A stretch of 64,000 nucleotides of DNA from an uncultured Candidatus Saccharibacteria bacterium (GCA_964475855.1 CAYZAV010000002.1:51933-115932); one strand, 5' to 3'; positions 8,444 through 18,149 are shown, counted from the stretch's first letter. Translations and numbers: made by a program. The notes: generated by a model from the sequence alone, not told the origin.

Positions 8444-8642
8444 AAAAATCACTATTGAAGATTTGGCTGGGATGATGAAAAGAAGCTTCGATTCTACGGA
8501 TCAGAAAATGGCAGAAGGTTTTAAAAAAGTTGATGAGCGTTTTGATAAGATAGAGCATGAGTTGATTAAAAAGAATTCTGATGAGATTGAAGATCTTAGG
8601 ATACGGATGAAAGTGGTTGAAGATGCCATGGGGATTGAGTAG
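8433..8642 (+). CDS. Hypothetical charged coiled-coil protein (69 aa)
   Basis: Overlaps the upstream stop by 11 nt. No recognisable motif. Confidence 0.4.
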   Translation: MKSKKITIEDLAGMMKRSFDSTDQKMAEGFKKVDERFDKIEHELIKKNSDEIEDLRIRMKVVEDAMGIE

Positions 8643-8772
8643 TTTTCCCACCACAACGCGACCGCAGGTGTTTTTTAGTTGGGGAGTGTTGACTTATTGT
8701 GGTTATTATAATAATATAAAAAGTATTAACAAAAACTAAATAAAATTAATTAATATTTAATTTTTAAAAACT

Positions 8773-9966
8773 ATGGCAGACAAATTTGAGCGAACAAAGC
8801 CTCACGTAAACATTGGTACTATTGGTCACGTGGACCATGGCAAGACCACTACTTCGGCTGCAATCATGCACATCTCAAAGTTGCGTGGTTTGCATTCGTC
8901 CGGGGAAGGGGTTGACCAGATTGACAAGTCACCGGAAGAAAAAGCACGCGGAGTGACAATTTCTATTACCCACTTGGAATGTGAAACGCCAAAGAGGCAC
9001 TATGCTTTGATTGACTGCCCGGGCCACGCTGACTACATTAAGAACATGATTACGGGAGCCGCTCAGATGGATGGTGGTATTTTGGTGGTATCTGCTCCAG
9101 ACGGACCGATGCCTCAGACTAAAGAACACATTTTGCTGGCCAAGCAAGTTGGATTGCCATCCTTGCTGGTGTGGATGAACAAATGTGATATGGTAGATGA
9201 TCCTGAAATTTTGGATTTGGTTGAATCTGAAGTTCGTGAATTATTGAAAAAATATGGATTCCCAGGAGATGAAACCCCGATTATCCGTGGTTCTGCCGTG
9301 AAAGCCCTGGCCGCAACTTCTGTTGATGATGCCGCAGCTAAGCCGATTATTGAATTGCTTGATGCTTGTGATAATTATATTCCTGAACCGGTGCGTGAAT
9401 TAGACAAACCGTTTGCTATGGCTATTGAAGACGTGTTCAGCATTGAAGGCCGCGGAACCGTGGCTACTGGCAGGATTGAACGCGGAATTATCAGGCAAAA
9501 CGACGAAATTGAAGTGGTGGGAATCCGACCAACCCAAAAGTCTGTGGTGGTTTCCGTTGAAATGTTCCAAAAATCTTTGGACGAAGGACGTGCCGGAGAA
9601 AACGTTGGAATTTTATTGCGCGGATTGAAAAAAGAAGACATCGAACGCGGACAGGTGCTGTGCAAACCGGGTTCTATTAATCCTCACACCGAATTTGAAG
9701 CCGAAGTGTATGTGCTTGGCAAAGACGAAGGAGGCCGCCATACCCCATTTTTCACCGGATACAAACCGCAATTATATATCCGCACCTCTGATATTACCGG
9801 AGATGTAACATTGCCTGCCGGAACCGAAATGGTTATGCCGGGCGACACTGCCAATTTAACTGTTAAATTAATTGTTCCGGTTGCTTTGGAAGAAAAAGGA
9901 AAATTTGCCATCCGCGAAGGAGGCAAGACCGTGGGAGCAGGAGTGGTAACAAAGATCATTAAATAA
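8773..9966 (+). CDS. tuf: Elongation factor Tu
   Basis: [18 protein letters not shown]; 397 aa. Confidence 0.98.
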   Translation: MADKFERTKPHVNIGTIGHVDHGKTTTSAAIMHISKLRGLHSSGEGVDQIDKSPEEKARGVTISITHLECETPKRHYALIDCPGHADYIKNMITGAAQMDGGILVVSAPDGPMPQTKEHILLAKQVGLPSLLVWMNKCDMVDDPEILDLVESEVRELLKKYGFPGDETPIIRGSAVKALAATSVDDAAAKPIIELLDACDNYIPEPVRELDKPFAMAIEDVFSIEGRGTVATGRIERGIIRQNDEIEVVGIRPTQKSVVVSVEMFQKSLDEGRAGENVGILLRGLKKEDIERGQVLCKPGSINPHTEFEAEVYVLGKDEGGRHTPFFTGYKPQLYIRTSDITGDVTLPAGTEMVMPGDTANLTVKLIVPVALEEKGKFAIREGGKTVGAGVVTKIIK

Positions 9967-9975
9967 TTCCCTATC

Positions 9976-10344
9976 ATGGCAACAGCCAAAGCAGAACCAA
10001 AGAAAAAAGTACCGGCTCATAAAGAGTCTGAGGCTGTTGCTATGCCCAAGCTTCGTATAAAGCTAAAGGCTTACGACCACAAAATTATCGATAGTTCTGT
10101 AAAGCAGATTATCGATATTGCCAATCGGTCAGGAGTTGAGGTGGTTGGCCCGGTGCCACTGCCGACAGAGATTTTGAAATATACCGTAAACCGGTCAACG
10201 TTCGTGCATAAAAACGCCCGGGAGCAATTTGAAATGCGGGTGCATAAACGGGTGATTGATGTAATGAGTCCGAATCCGGAAATCATTGAAGCTCTGCGGG
10301 ACTTGAATCTACCATCGGGTGTAGATATATCTATCAAGATATAG
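9976..10344 (+). CDS. rpsJ: 30S ribosomal protein S10 (possible 22-aa N-terminal extension)
   Basis: RIKLKAYDHKIIDSS core. Alternative start at M23 (nt 10042). Confidence 0.93.
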   Translation: MATAKAEPKKKVPAHKESEAVAMPKLRIKLKAYDHKIIDSSVKQIIDIANRSGVEVVGPVPLPTEILKYTVNRSTFVHKNAREQFEMRVHKRVIDVMSPNPEIIEALRDLNLPSGVDISIKI

Positions 10345-10496
10345 CTACACAAGGGATGGGTCGGAAGGGAAGGATTCCCTTTCGTGTAGGAAAACAGCGA
10401 GCGAAGCGAGCGTTAGAAACCGGGGGTTTCTAAGGAGTGAGCCGGAACCGAAGAGCTAGCCTGAGCGAAGCGAGGGCGATAAGGCGAGCGACGGAG

Positions 10497-10525
10497 TTGA
10501 CATTTCCATTAAAATTTAGTAACCT
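10497..10525 (+). promoter_or_regulatory. Candidate promoter for the rplC operon
   Basis: TTGACA(10497-10502)-17-TAACCT(10520-10525). The -10 is weak (only the TAnnnT positions match). Confidence 0.3.
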
Positions 10526-10596
10526 CTTATTATATTACGACAGTCGTTAACTTTCCCGCCAAGCTTTGGCGAAGTGGGATAACAACATTGCCTCAA

Positions 10597-10617
10597 CTGG
10601 GCATTCGCCCAGTTTTT
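10597..10617 (+). terminator. Terminator-like hairpin in the rplC leader (candidate attenuator)
   Basis: CTGGGC-attc-GCCCAG followed by ttttt, 23 nt upstream of rplC ATG 10640. Confidence 0.5.
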
Positions 10618-10639
10618 CATTACTATTCTAAAAAATCGC

Positions 10640-11245
10640 ATGAAGTTTATCATCGGCAAAAAAATTGAAATGACGCAAATGTTTGATGCAAAAGGCAATG
10701 TTGCTCCAGTGACTTTGGTTGCTGCGGGACCTTGCGTGGTTTTGCAGAAAAAAACAAAAGAGCGCGAAGGATATGATGCCATGCAAATTGGCTTTATAAA
10801 ACTTGAAAAGAAAAACAAGATCAAGAAAACCATGAAGGGCAAGGAGTATCGCCATGTCAAAGAGCAGCGCGCCAGTGGAGCAGATCAGATGGCCGATACA
10901 AATGTGGGTGACCAAATTACCGTTGCAAATTTTAAAGAAGGAGATAGGGTGACGGTTATTGGCATGTCAAAAGGAAAAGGGTTTCAGGGTGGAGTTAAAA
11001 AGCACGGATTTGCCGGGCGTAATGCCAGTCACGGAGCCAAGCACGAACAGCGTCAGATTGGTTCAGTGGGACAACGTTTCCCCCAGCACGTGGTAAAGGG
11101 AAGGAAAATGCCTGGACGCATGGGATATGATCGGGTGACAGTTAAAAACCTGATTATCGCCAAAATTGATACAGAAAATAATATTCTTGCACTGAAGGGG
11201 GCTATTCCTGGCCATCGCGGGACACTTTTGGAAATTAAAGGATAA
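10640..11245 (+). CDS. rplC: 50S ribosomal protein L3
   Basis: GMSKGKGFQGGVKKHGF motif; 201 aa. Confidence 0.96.
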   Translation: MKFIIGKKIEMTQMFDAKGNVAPVTLVAAGPCVVLQKKTKEREGYDAMQIGFIKLEKKNKIKKTMKGKEYRHVKEQRASGADQMADTNVGDQITVANFKEGDRVTVIGMSKGKGFQGGVKKHGFAGRNASHGAKHEQRQIGSVGQRFPQHVVKGRKMPGRMGYDRVTVKNLIIAKIDTENNILALKGAIPGHRGTLLEIKG

Positions 11246-11282
11246 ATACTGGAAATTTCCAATTATCAATTTACAATTTACA

Positions 11283-11912
11283 ATGAAAACGATAGTTTAT
11301 AATCAAGAAGGAAAAGAGGCAGGTGAAGTCACGCTGCCAAAAGAAATATTCCAAGTTCAGATGAACGCTGATTTGGTGCACCAAGTGTTGATTTCTTATT
11401 CGGCCAACAAGCGGCAAGTTTCTGCTCACACTAAAAACCGCGGCGAAGTGCGTGGAGGAGGCCGCAAACCATGGAGGCAGAAAGGAACCGGACGTGCTAG
11501 GGCAGGTTCAACTCGCGGACCGATTTGGAAAGGTGGAGGAGTTTCCGGCGGCCCACGCAATGAAAAAGTATATGCACGTATTATCCCAGTCAAGATGCGT
11601 AAAAAAGCGTTGGCAATGGTATTGTCTGAAAAAGTAAAGAATAATTTATTCGTCATTGTGGATGGCTTGGACATGCAAACGGCAAAAACGAAGTCTATGG
11701 CAACCATGATTAAAAAGTTACCCGTTGCAAATGCCAGCAGATTGGTATTGTATACTACCGGAAAGAACGTATTTTTATCAGCCCGTAATATTGCCAAGAC
11801 AGGCGTAACTGAAATCCGTAATATGAATGTGGCTGATTTGCTCAATTACAAATATGTAGTTTTGAGCAAGGACGAAATTAAAGAAATTGAAAAAATGGTT
11901 AGCATTACATAA
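11283..11912 (+). CDS. rplD: 50S ribosomal protein L4
   Basis: RGGGRKPWRQKGTGRAR motif. Confidence 0.96.
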   Translation: MKTIVYNQEGKEAGEVTLPKEIFQVQMNADLVHQVLISYSANKRQVSAHTKNRGEVRGGGRKPWRQKGTGRARAGSTRGPIWKGGGVSGGPRNEKVYARIIPVKMRKKALAMVLSEKVKNNLFVIVDGLDMQTAKTKSMATMIKKLPVANASRLVLYTTGKNVFLSARNIAKTGVTEIRNMNVADLLNYKYVVLSKDEIKEIEKMVSIT

Positions 11913-11917
11913 GCAAT

Positions 11918-12385
11918 ATGGCATTACTTGATTTTTTAAAAAACAAAAAAGAGAAAGATAAGGCTAACGAAAAAAAAGCCGACCTTTTGGTTTCTAAAGA
12001 AACCAAAACGCAGACCGACGCAGATAAATCGCAGATTGGCGCAGATAAGATCAGCGATAATCAGCGTAACATCAGCGTAAATCAGCGATTTTTACCTGGT
12101 AAAAATGAGAAATTTTCTTATACTATAGTAAAAGAACCGCATATTTCTGAAAAGGGGACTATTTTGTCTGAAAAGAATAAATATGTGTTCCGGGTGTATG
12201 ATCGCGCCAATAAGCCTGAAATTAAAAAAGCGGTTGAAGGAATTTATGGCGTAAATGTATTGGCCGTAAATGTGGTACGTATTCCCAAGAAAAAACGAAA
12301 GCTTGGCAGGACGGAAGGTTTTAAAAAAGCCTACAGTAAAGCCATTGTAACTATTAAAGAGGGGCAAAAGATTGAGATATTCTAA
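11918..12385 (+). CDS. rplW: 50S ribosomal protein L23 with a ~60-aa repeat-containing N-terminal extension
   Basis: Core YVFRVYDRANKPEIKKAVEGIYGV. No internal Met lies before the core. Confidence 0.9.
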   Translation: MALLDFLKNKKEKDKANEKKADLLVSKETKTQTDADKSQIGADKISDNQRNISVNQRFLPGKNEKFSYTIVKEPHISEKGTILSEKNKYVFRVYDRANKPEIKKAVEGIYGVNVLAVNVVRIPKKKRKLGRTEGFKKAYSKAIVTIKEGQKIEIF

Positions 12386-12409
12386 TTATAAATTATATGC
12401 AGAGCATAT

Positions 12410-13240
12410 ATGAAAACATATAAGCCAACAACTCCATCCCGGCGCGGAATGTCCGGAATTGATTTTTCCCAGCTTACTAAAAAAAGAGCGGAAAAGAGTC
12501 TTTTGAAATATGTGCGCCGCAGCAATGGCCGTTCAAAAGCTTCGGGCCGCATTACCGTGCGCCATAAGGGCGGCGGGGTCAAAAAACTATACCGGATAAT
12601 TGAATTTGCACAGAAAAAAATGGATGCGCCTGCAAAAGTGATTGCCTTGGAATATGACCCAAACAGGACGGCGTTTATCGCTTTGATTGAGTATGCCGAT
12701 GCAACTAAGCAATATATCATTGCCCCGCAGAATTTGAAGGTGGGAGACAGTGTTGTATTTTCAGAAAAAGCCCCATTGACACAGGGCAATAGGACGATGC
12801 TTAAAAATGTACCTGTGGGAACGAACGTGTATAACATTGAAATGGAGCCTGGCAGGGGAGGGGTATTAGTTCGGTCAGCCGGATCCGCCGCCCAGATATT
12901 AGCCCATGAAGGATTGTTTACCAATTTGAAAATGCCTTCTTCTGAAATCAGGAAAGTGAAAAGCGAATGTTTTGCCACTCTTGGGGTTGTTTCTAATCCG
13001 GAAAACAGGTATTATAGGGTGGGTAAGGCTGGAAAATCCAGAATGAAGGGACGCAGACCACATGTACGTGGAAGCGCTATGAACCCGGTGGATCATCCGC
13101 ATGGAGGAGGAGAAGGACGACAGCCGATTGGATTGAAACATCCGAAAACACCATGGGGATTACCGGCACTCGGTGTGAAAACCAGATATCGGAAGAAGTG
13201 GACTAACAAATATATTATTCAACGAAGGAAAAAGAAGTAA
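12410..13240 (+). CDS. rplB: 50S ribosomal protein L2
   Basis: RSAGSAAQI and HPHGGGEGR motifs. Confidence 0.97.
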   Translation: MKTYKPTTPSRRGMSGIDFSQLTKKRAEKSLLKYVRRSNGRSKASGRITVRHKGGGVKKLYRIIEFAQKKMDAPAKVIALEYDPNRTAFIALIEYADATKQYIIAPQNLKVGDSVVFSEKAPLTQGNRTMLKNVPVGTNVYNIEMEPGRGGVLVRSAGSAAQILAHEGLFTNLKMPSSEIRKVKSECFATLGVVSNPENRYYRVGKAGKSRMKGRRPHVRGSAMNPVDHPHGGGEGRQPIGLKHPKTPWGLPALGVKTRYRKKWTNKYIIQRRKKK

Positions 13241-13243
13241 CCT

Positions 13244-13576
13244 ATGTCACGAAGTTTACGAAAAGGTCCGTATGTAGACCCAAGGTTGATGCAAAAAGTC
13301 CTCAATGTTCGCAAAGAGGAGAAGGTAATCATCAAAACCTGGGCAAGGCACTCAACGATTTCTCCGGAAATGGTGGGGTATACCTTTGGGGTGCATAACG
13401 GAAAAGAATTTGTGCCGGTCCATATCGGTGAGGACATGGTGGGACACAAATTGGGGGAATTTGCAGCTACTACCAAATTTGGCAGACACGGAGGAAAGAT
13501 GCAGCGTGATTTGGAGACGGGGGCGCAGCAAAAGGAAACAGCTAAGATTGTTGATGCCAAACCAGCTACGAAGTAA
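13244..13576 (+). CDS. rpsS: 30S ribosomal protein S19
   Basis: [21 protein letters not shown]. Confidence 0.96.
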   Translation: MSRSLRKGPYVDPRLMQKVLNVRKEEKVIIKTWARHSTISPEMVGYTFGVHNGKEFVPVHIGEDMVGHKLGEFAATTKFGRHGGKMQRDLETGAQQKETAKIVDAKPATK

Positions 13577-13598
13577 CCAGTAACGAGTAATAAGTAAT

Positions 13599-14045
13599 AT
13601 GGAAATAAAAGTCCACCTAAATAATATCAGGATCGCGCCACGGAAAACCCGGCAAATGATTGACGTGGTCCGCAATAAGGACGTGGCAGAAGCCCGCGCC
13701 CAGCTTGAGTTTACCGTAAAACGCGCGGCAAATCCGGTTTTGAAATTACTCAATAGCGCCGTAGCTTCCGCAGTCAATGACTTTAAATTACAAGAAGAGA
13801 ATTTATATATTTCCAAAATTACCGCCGATGAAGGTCCAACCTTAAAGCGCAGTTTTCCAATGTCGCGCGGAAGGGCATATCCGATTATGAAGAGGACCAG
13901 CCATATTACTCTGATATTATCAGAGAAATCCCAAGCACGAAATCAGAAATCCGAAACAAAGCAGAAAAACGAAACAAATTCCGAAACAAAAATAGAAGAT
14001 AAAAAGCCAGCTAGGAAAAGGGCAGTAAAAAAAGTTACCAAGTAA
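13599..14045 (+). CDS. rplV: 50S ribosomal protein L22 with a Lys/Glu-rich C-terminal extension
   Basis: L22 core RIAPRKTRQMIDVVR...; the tail is encoded by cgaaacaaa-type repeats. Confidence 0.93.
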   Translation: MEIKVHLNNIRIAPRKTRQMIDVVRNKDVAEARAQLEFTVKRAANPVLKLLNSAVASAVNDFKLQEENLYISKITADEGPTLKRSFPMSRGRAYPIMKRTSHITLILSEKSQARNQKSETKQKNETNSETKIEDKKPARKRAVKKVTK

Positions 14046-14046
14046 T

Positions 14047-14712
14047 ATGACACATAAGGTCCACCCAAAAGCATTCAGGATTCGGGGAATGGAGGATTTC
14101 AATATCCGCGGTTTTTATGGCAACAAAATGCCACAATATTTGGAGGAAGATTTTTTAATAAAAGATTTTTTGAGGAAAACGCTGGCCGATGCTTCCGTGG
14201 CAAATATTTTAATTGAGCACTCCGCAAATAAACTGAATGTTATCATTGAAAGCGCCCGGCCGGGATTGATTATCGGTAGGGGTGGGGAGGGGGTGGAAGT
14301 ATTGAAAAAAGCCATTGAGCAGAAAATCCAGAAAAAAGGCAAACCCGTCTCCGCCAAGGCTACGGCGAGGCAAATCAAGATTGATATAAAAGAAATAAAA
14401 AATCCGTGGATTTCAGCTAACTTGGTCGGACAGATGGCCGCCCAGCAGATTATAAAAAGGATCCCGTTTAGACAAGTGCTCAAAAGGAGCATGGAGCGTG
14501 TGATGCAAAACAAGGAAGTGAAGGGAATCAGGATGGAAGTTTCCGGAAGATTGAATGGAAATGAAATTGCCCGGAAAGAATGGTTGCGCCAGGGTCGCCT
14601 GCCTCGCCAGACTATCCGTGCCGACATTGATTACGCCAAAAACGAAGCAAACTGCACCTATGGGGTGATTGGGATTAAGGTGTGGATTTATAAAGGGGAT
14701 AAATTTGAATAA
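14047..14712 (+). CDS. rpsC: 30S ribosomal protein S3
   Basis: KH-domain GLIIGRGGEGVE. Confidence 0.96.
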   Translation: MTHKVHPKAFRIRGMEDFNIRGFYGNKMPQYLEEDFLIKDFLRKTLADASVANILIEHSANKLNVIIESARPGLIIGRGGEGVEVLKKAIEQKIQKKGKPVSAKATARQIKIDIKEIKNPWISANLVGQMAAQQIIKRIPFRQVLKRSMERVMQNKEVKGIRMEVSGRLNGNEIARKEWLRQGRLPRQTIRADIDYAKNEANCTYGVIGIKVWIYKGDKFE

Positions 14713-14718
14713 ACGACT

Positions 14719-15135
14719 ATGAGCTTGATGATGCCCAAAAAAGTCAAACACCGCAAATGGCACCGCGGTAGGACCAAAGGTGTGGAACGACGCGCTTCTG
14801 AATTGAATTTCGGCAGCTTTGGGTTAAAAGCTATGGGGACTCGTTGGATTACCGCCCGCCAGATTGAATCTGCTCGCCGATATATTATCCGATACATGAA
14901 AAAAGGAGGTAAAATTTGGGTTAGGATTTTCCCGGACAAACCTATTACTTCAAAGGGTGAAGAAGTGCCATTGGGAGGAGGAAAAGGTGCTGTGCATCAT
15001 TATGTATATCCGATAAAACCGGGAAGAATTATTTTTGAAATAGACGGACTGAAAGAAGATGTTGCTCGGGAAGCCCTAAAGGGTGCCGGCATGAAATTGC
15101 CAATCAAGACCAAATTTATTAAACGGGAAATTTAG
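14719..15135 (+). CDS. rplP: 50S ribosomal protein L16
   Basis: MMPKKVKHRK... The true start may be ATG 14728. Confidence 0.95.
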   Translation: MSLMMPKKVKHRKWHRGRTKGVERRASELNFGSFGLKAMGTRWITARQIESARRYIIRYMKKGGKIWVRIFPDKPITSKGEEVPLGGGKGAVHHYVYPIKPGRIIFEIDGLKEDVAREALKGAGMKLPIKTKFIKREI

Positions 15136-15136
15136 C

Positions 15137-15328
15137 ATGAAAACCGCAGAATTACGGAAAAAAAATACCAAAGAATTGGAAAAATCGGTGGTGGATCTCA
15201 AAAAAAAGTTGAGCGACATCCGGTTTAAGTTTTCCAGCAATCAGATGAAGAACGTGAAAGAATTGAGCAATATCAAAAAAGAAATTGCCCGCAGTTTGAC
15301 TATTATCAACGAATTTACGAATAAATAA
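15137..15328 (+). CDS. rpmC: 50S ribosomal protein L29
   Basis: 63 aa, position between rplP and rpsQ, ELRKKNTKELEK pattern. Confidence 0.9.
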   Translation: MKTAELRKKNTKELEKSVVDLKKKLSDIRFKFSSNQMKNVKELSNIKKEIARSLTIINEFTNK

Positions 15329-15397
15329 CGAATTTGCGAATTAAAGTGTAATTAACGAGTGTATTAGCAAATTCGTAACACATTCGTAAATTCGCTG
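15309..15397. repeat. Word-built inverted repeat (ttcgtaaa/cgaattt words) spanning the rpmC 3' end and spacer
   Basis: acgaatttacgaat...acgaatttgcgaat pairs with gcaaattcgt...attcgtaaattcg. Related to 42563..42660. Confidence 0.6.
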
Positions 15398-15407
15398 ATT
15401 AACTAAC

Positions 15408-15641
15408 ATGCCAAAGAAGAAATTACAAGGAATTGTGGTGTCGGACAAGATGCAAAAGACCGTGGTGGTCAGCGTTGAAAGCGTTAAAGAGCATCCGAAA
15501 TATAAACGCCGCTACAAAACCCACAAAAAATACAAAGCCCACGACGAAAACAGCCAATACCATATTGGAGACACGGTTGTGATTGAAGAAACTATCCCGA
15601 TGAGTAAAGATAAGACATTTAAGGTAATTGCAAAAATTTAA
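15408..15641 (+). CDS. rpsQ: 30S ribosomal protein S17
   Basis: LQGIVVSDKMQKTVVV. Confidence 0.95.
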   Translation: MPKKKLQGIVVSDKMQKTVVVSVESVKEHPKYKRRYKTHKKYKAHDENSQYHIGDTVVIEETIPMSKDKTFKVIAKI

Positions 15642-15650
15642 GACCATACC

Positions 15651-16019
15651 ATGATACAATTACGTTCAATGTTACATGTGGCCGATAACAGTGGAGCAAG
15701 AATTATCCAGTGTGTTAATGTTCCCGGCGGAAGCGGTCGCAGATACGCCCAATTGGGTGATATCATTGTAGGAACGGTTAAAAAAGCCGATCCGCGAAAA
15801 ATCGTCAAAAAACACGAAGTAGTGAAGGCTGTTGTGGTTCGGCAGCGGAAGGAATTTCGGAGACTGGACGGCTCATATATCCGCTTTGATGACAATGCCG
15901 TGGTGGTGCTTGGTGATGGCAAATTGCCAAAAGGGGGTAGGGTATTTGGCCCGGTGGCAAAAGAAGTTAAGGAAAAAGGGTTTGACGAAATTGCCCAAAT
16001 GGCAGCGGAACTGCTGTAG
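15651..16019 (+). CDS. rplN: 50S ribosomal protein L14
   Basis: [17 protein letters not shown]. Confidence 0.97.
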   Translation: MIQLRSMLHVADNSGARIIQCVNVPGGSGRRYAQLGDIIVGTVKKADPRKIVKKHEVVKAVVVRQRKEFRRLDGSYIRFDDNAVVVLGDGKLPKGGRVFGPVAKEVKEKGFDEIAQMAAELL

Positions 16020-16045
16020 TAATCAGTAACAAGTAACGAGTAACT

Positions 16046-16351
16046 ATGAAAGTTAAAAAAGGCGACAGCGTATTAATTATCTCAGGCAAAGACAGGGGTA
16101 GGACCGCCAAGATTTTAAAATCCTTTCCAAAGCAGGGCAGTATTTTGGTTGAAGGCATTAATTTAAAGAAAAAGCATATCAAGCCAAAGCGCCAGGGTGA
16201 AAAGGGTCAGGTTATCCAGGTTCCGGCGCCCTTGGACGCATCCAGTGTGAAATTCCTTTGTCCTAAATGCGGAAAGGCGGTGAGGGTTGGATATAAAATG
16301 GAAAAAGACCGGAAATTCAGGGTTTGTAAAAAATGCAATTCAGAAGTATAA
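16046..16351 (+). CDS. rplX: 50S ribosomal protein L24 (KOW domain plus C-terminal C4 zinc ribbon)
   Basis: VKKGDSVLIISGKDRG; CPKCGK...VCKKC, as in the Thermus-type L24. Confidence 0.93.
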   Translation: MKVKKGDSVLIISGKDRGRTAKILKSFPKQGSILVEGINLKKKHIKPKRQGEKGQVIQVPAPLDASSVKFLCPKCGKAVRVGYKMEKDRKFRVCKKCNSEV

Positions 16352-16360
16352 ATTCTAATT

Positions 16361-16924
16361 ATGGATAAGTTATCAGAAAAATATAAAAAAGAGGCAATAC
16401 CGGCCATGATGAAAAAGTTCGGATTTACCAATCCGATGGCGGTTCCTAAAATTACCAAAGTAACGCTAAACAGTTCCTTTGGAAAAGAAGCAGTTACCAG
16501 AACTTCTTCCGAACGCGACAAGCTGATTACCTTTATTACCCATGATATCGGTTTGATTGCCGGGCAAAAACCCCGCACAGTACGGTCAAAAAAATCCATT
16601 GCCGGATTCAAACTGCGGGAAGGATTGGAAATTGCCAGCATGGTAACATTAAGAAAAAGCAAGATGTGGGATTTTCTGGAGCGATTGATTTATTTATCCC
16701 TGCCAAAGTCACGTGACTTTAAGGGATTAAACCCGATGTCAGTTGACAAGGGGGGAAACCTGAACATTGGCTTTCGTGAGCACATCAACTTCCCAGAAAT
16801 TTTCACGGACAAGGAAAAAACTATCTTTGGCTTGGAAGTCACCGTTTCAACTAATGCTAAAAACCAAGAACAAGGATTACAATTGCTGAAACTAATGGGG
16901 TTCCCAATAAGAGATAAAAAATAA
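16361..16924 (+). CDS. rplE: 50S ribosomal protein L5
   Basis: 187 aa; position and L5-like sequence. Confidence 0.95.
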   Translation: MDKLSEKYKKEAIPAMMKKFGFTNPMAVPKITKVTLNSSFGKEAVTRTSSERDKLITFITHDIGLIAGQKPRTVRSKKSIAGFKLREGLEIASMVTLRKSKMWDFLERLIYLSLPKSRDFKGLNPMSVDKGGNLNIGFREHINFPEIFTDKEKTIFGLEVTVSTNAKNQEQGLQLLKLMGFPIRDKK

Positions 16925-16925
16925 C

Positions 16926-17111
16926 ATGGCAAAAACTTCCCAAATCGCAAGCGCAAAAAAGAAACCAAAATACTCAACCAGACTAGTGAGGCGCTGTTTT
17001 AAGTGCGGAAGGAGAAGGGGTTTTATGCGAGCATTTGGATTGTGCAGGATTTGTTTCAGGGAGCTTGCCAACCAGGGAGAAATTCCGGGAGTAACAAAAT
17101 CAAGCTGGTAA
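16926..17111 (+). CDS. rpsN: 30S ribosomal protein S14, type Z (zinc-binding, 61 aa)
   Basis: [23 protein letters not shown]. Confidence 0.95.
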   Translation: MAKTSQIASAKKKPKYSTRLVRRCFKCGRRRGFMRAFGLCRICFRELANQGEIPGVTKSSW

Positions 17112-17151
17112 CCATATATATTTCAATATTTAAATATTTAAATTTTTCGCA

Positions 17152-17541
17152 ATGACAGATCCAATCACAGACATGTTAAACAGGATACGAAACGCCCAGG
17201 CCGTACAAAAGCCGGAGGTTTTAGTCCCTTTTTCAAATTTGAAAAACGAAATTGCCATGATTCTGGCAAAAGAGAATTTCCTGGCCGATGTCAAAAAAAT
17301 GGCCAAGGGGAAGGGGAAAGTGCTAAAAATTACCCTGAAATATGATAATGGAGTTTCAGCGATTGAGGGCTCCAAGCGGGTATCAAAGCCGGGTCAGCGT
17401 ATTTATGTGGGAAATGACAGTATTAAGAAGGTGAAGGGAGGATTTGGCGTTTCCGTCATTTCCACACCAAAAGGATTAATGACGGGGCTGCAGGCAAAAC
17501 AGGCCAAGTTGGGCGGGGAAGTATTACTGGAGGTCTGGTAA
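17152..17541 (+). CDS. rpsH: 30S ribosomal protein S8
   Basis: MTDPITDMLNRIRNA. Confidence 0.96.
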   Translation: MTDPITDMLNRIRNAQAVQKPEVLVPFSNLKNEIAMILAKENFLADVKKMAKGKGKVLKITLKYDNGVSAIEGSKRVSKPGQRIYVGNDSIKKVKGGFGVSVISTPKGLMTGLQAKQAKLGGEVLLEVW

Positions 17542-17581
17542 AATTTAGGAAAATAAGATATAATTACCAATCAATTTATTT

Positions 17582-18133
17582 ATGTCAAGGATAGGAAAAA
17601 AATCAATTATCGTTCCGACAACTGTTAAGGTTGAATTTGAAGGCCAGAATATAAAAGTGACTGGTCCTAAGGGAACACTCAATACCATAATGCACCGCGA
17701 TATCAAAGCGGAAGTAAAGGATGGAATGGTTTTTGTGATGCCTCGAAAGCAAATCCCTACTAAGAAAGAAAAAGGATTGTGGGGGCTATACCGTGCACTT
17801 ATTTCCAATATGGTTTTGGGGGTGGAAAAAGGATTTGAAAAAAAACTGGAAATTGAAGGAGTGGGTTTTAAAGCGGCGCTGCAAGGCGATGAGTTGGTAA
17901 TGAATTTGGGATTTGTAAATCCGGTGAAAATAAAAAAACCCGAAGGAATAACGTTTACGGTTGAAAAAAACGTAATTATCGTTTCTGGCATTAGTAAGGA
18001 ACTAGTGGGGCAGACTGCAGCCGAAATCCGGGAAACCAAAAAAGCAGAACCATATAAAGGAAAAGGAATTAAATACCAAGGAGAACAGGTAAGGAGAAAA
18101 GAAGGAAAGAAAGTGGTAGCGGCGAAAAAATAG
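17582..18133 (+). CDS. rplF: 50S ribosomal protein L6
   Basis: MSRIGKKSIIVP...; 183 aa. Confidence 0.95.
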   Translation: MSRIGKKSIIVPTTVKVEFEGQNIKVTGPKGTLNTIMHRDIKAEVKDGMVFVMPRKQIPTKKEKGLWGLYRALISNMVLGVEKGFEKKLEIEGVGFKAALQGDELVMNLGFVNPVKIKKPEGITFTVEKNVIIVSGISKELVGQTAAEIRETKKAEPYKGKGIKYQGEQVRRKEGKKVVAAKK

Positions 18134-18149
18134 AAATTGTTAAAAAACT

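Noticed and set aside
10355-10400. The string gggtcggaagggaagga resembles the SRP RNA helix-8 region (ggtccggaaggaagcagcc).
   Set aside because: The conserved AGCAGCC and symmetric-loop partner strand are missing, and no 4.5S-like closing helix can be drawn.
12382-12978. Long antisense ORFs within core genes: 12382..12978, 17545..18039, 19557..20147, 36997..37623, 38496..39350, 45686..46258, 62581..63132, 16207..16662, 14115..14627.
   Set aside because: Each lies opposite a confidently identified conserved gene (rplB, rplF, secY, murA, mreB, gatA, ftsZ, rplX/rplE, rpsC). They show no motifs or signals.
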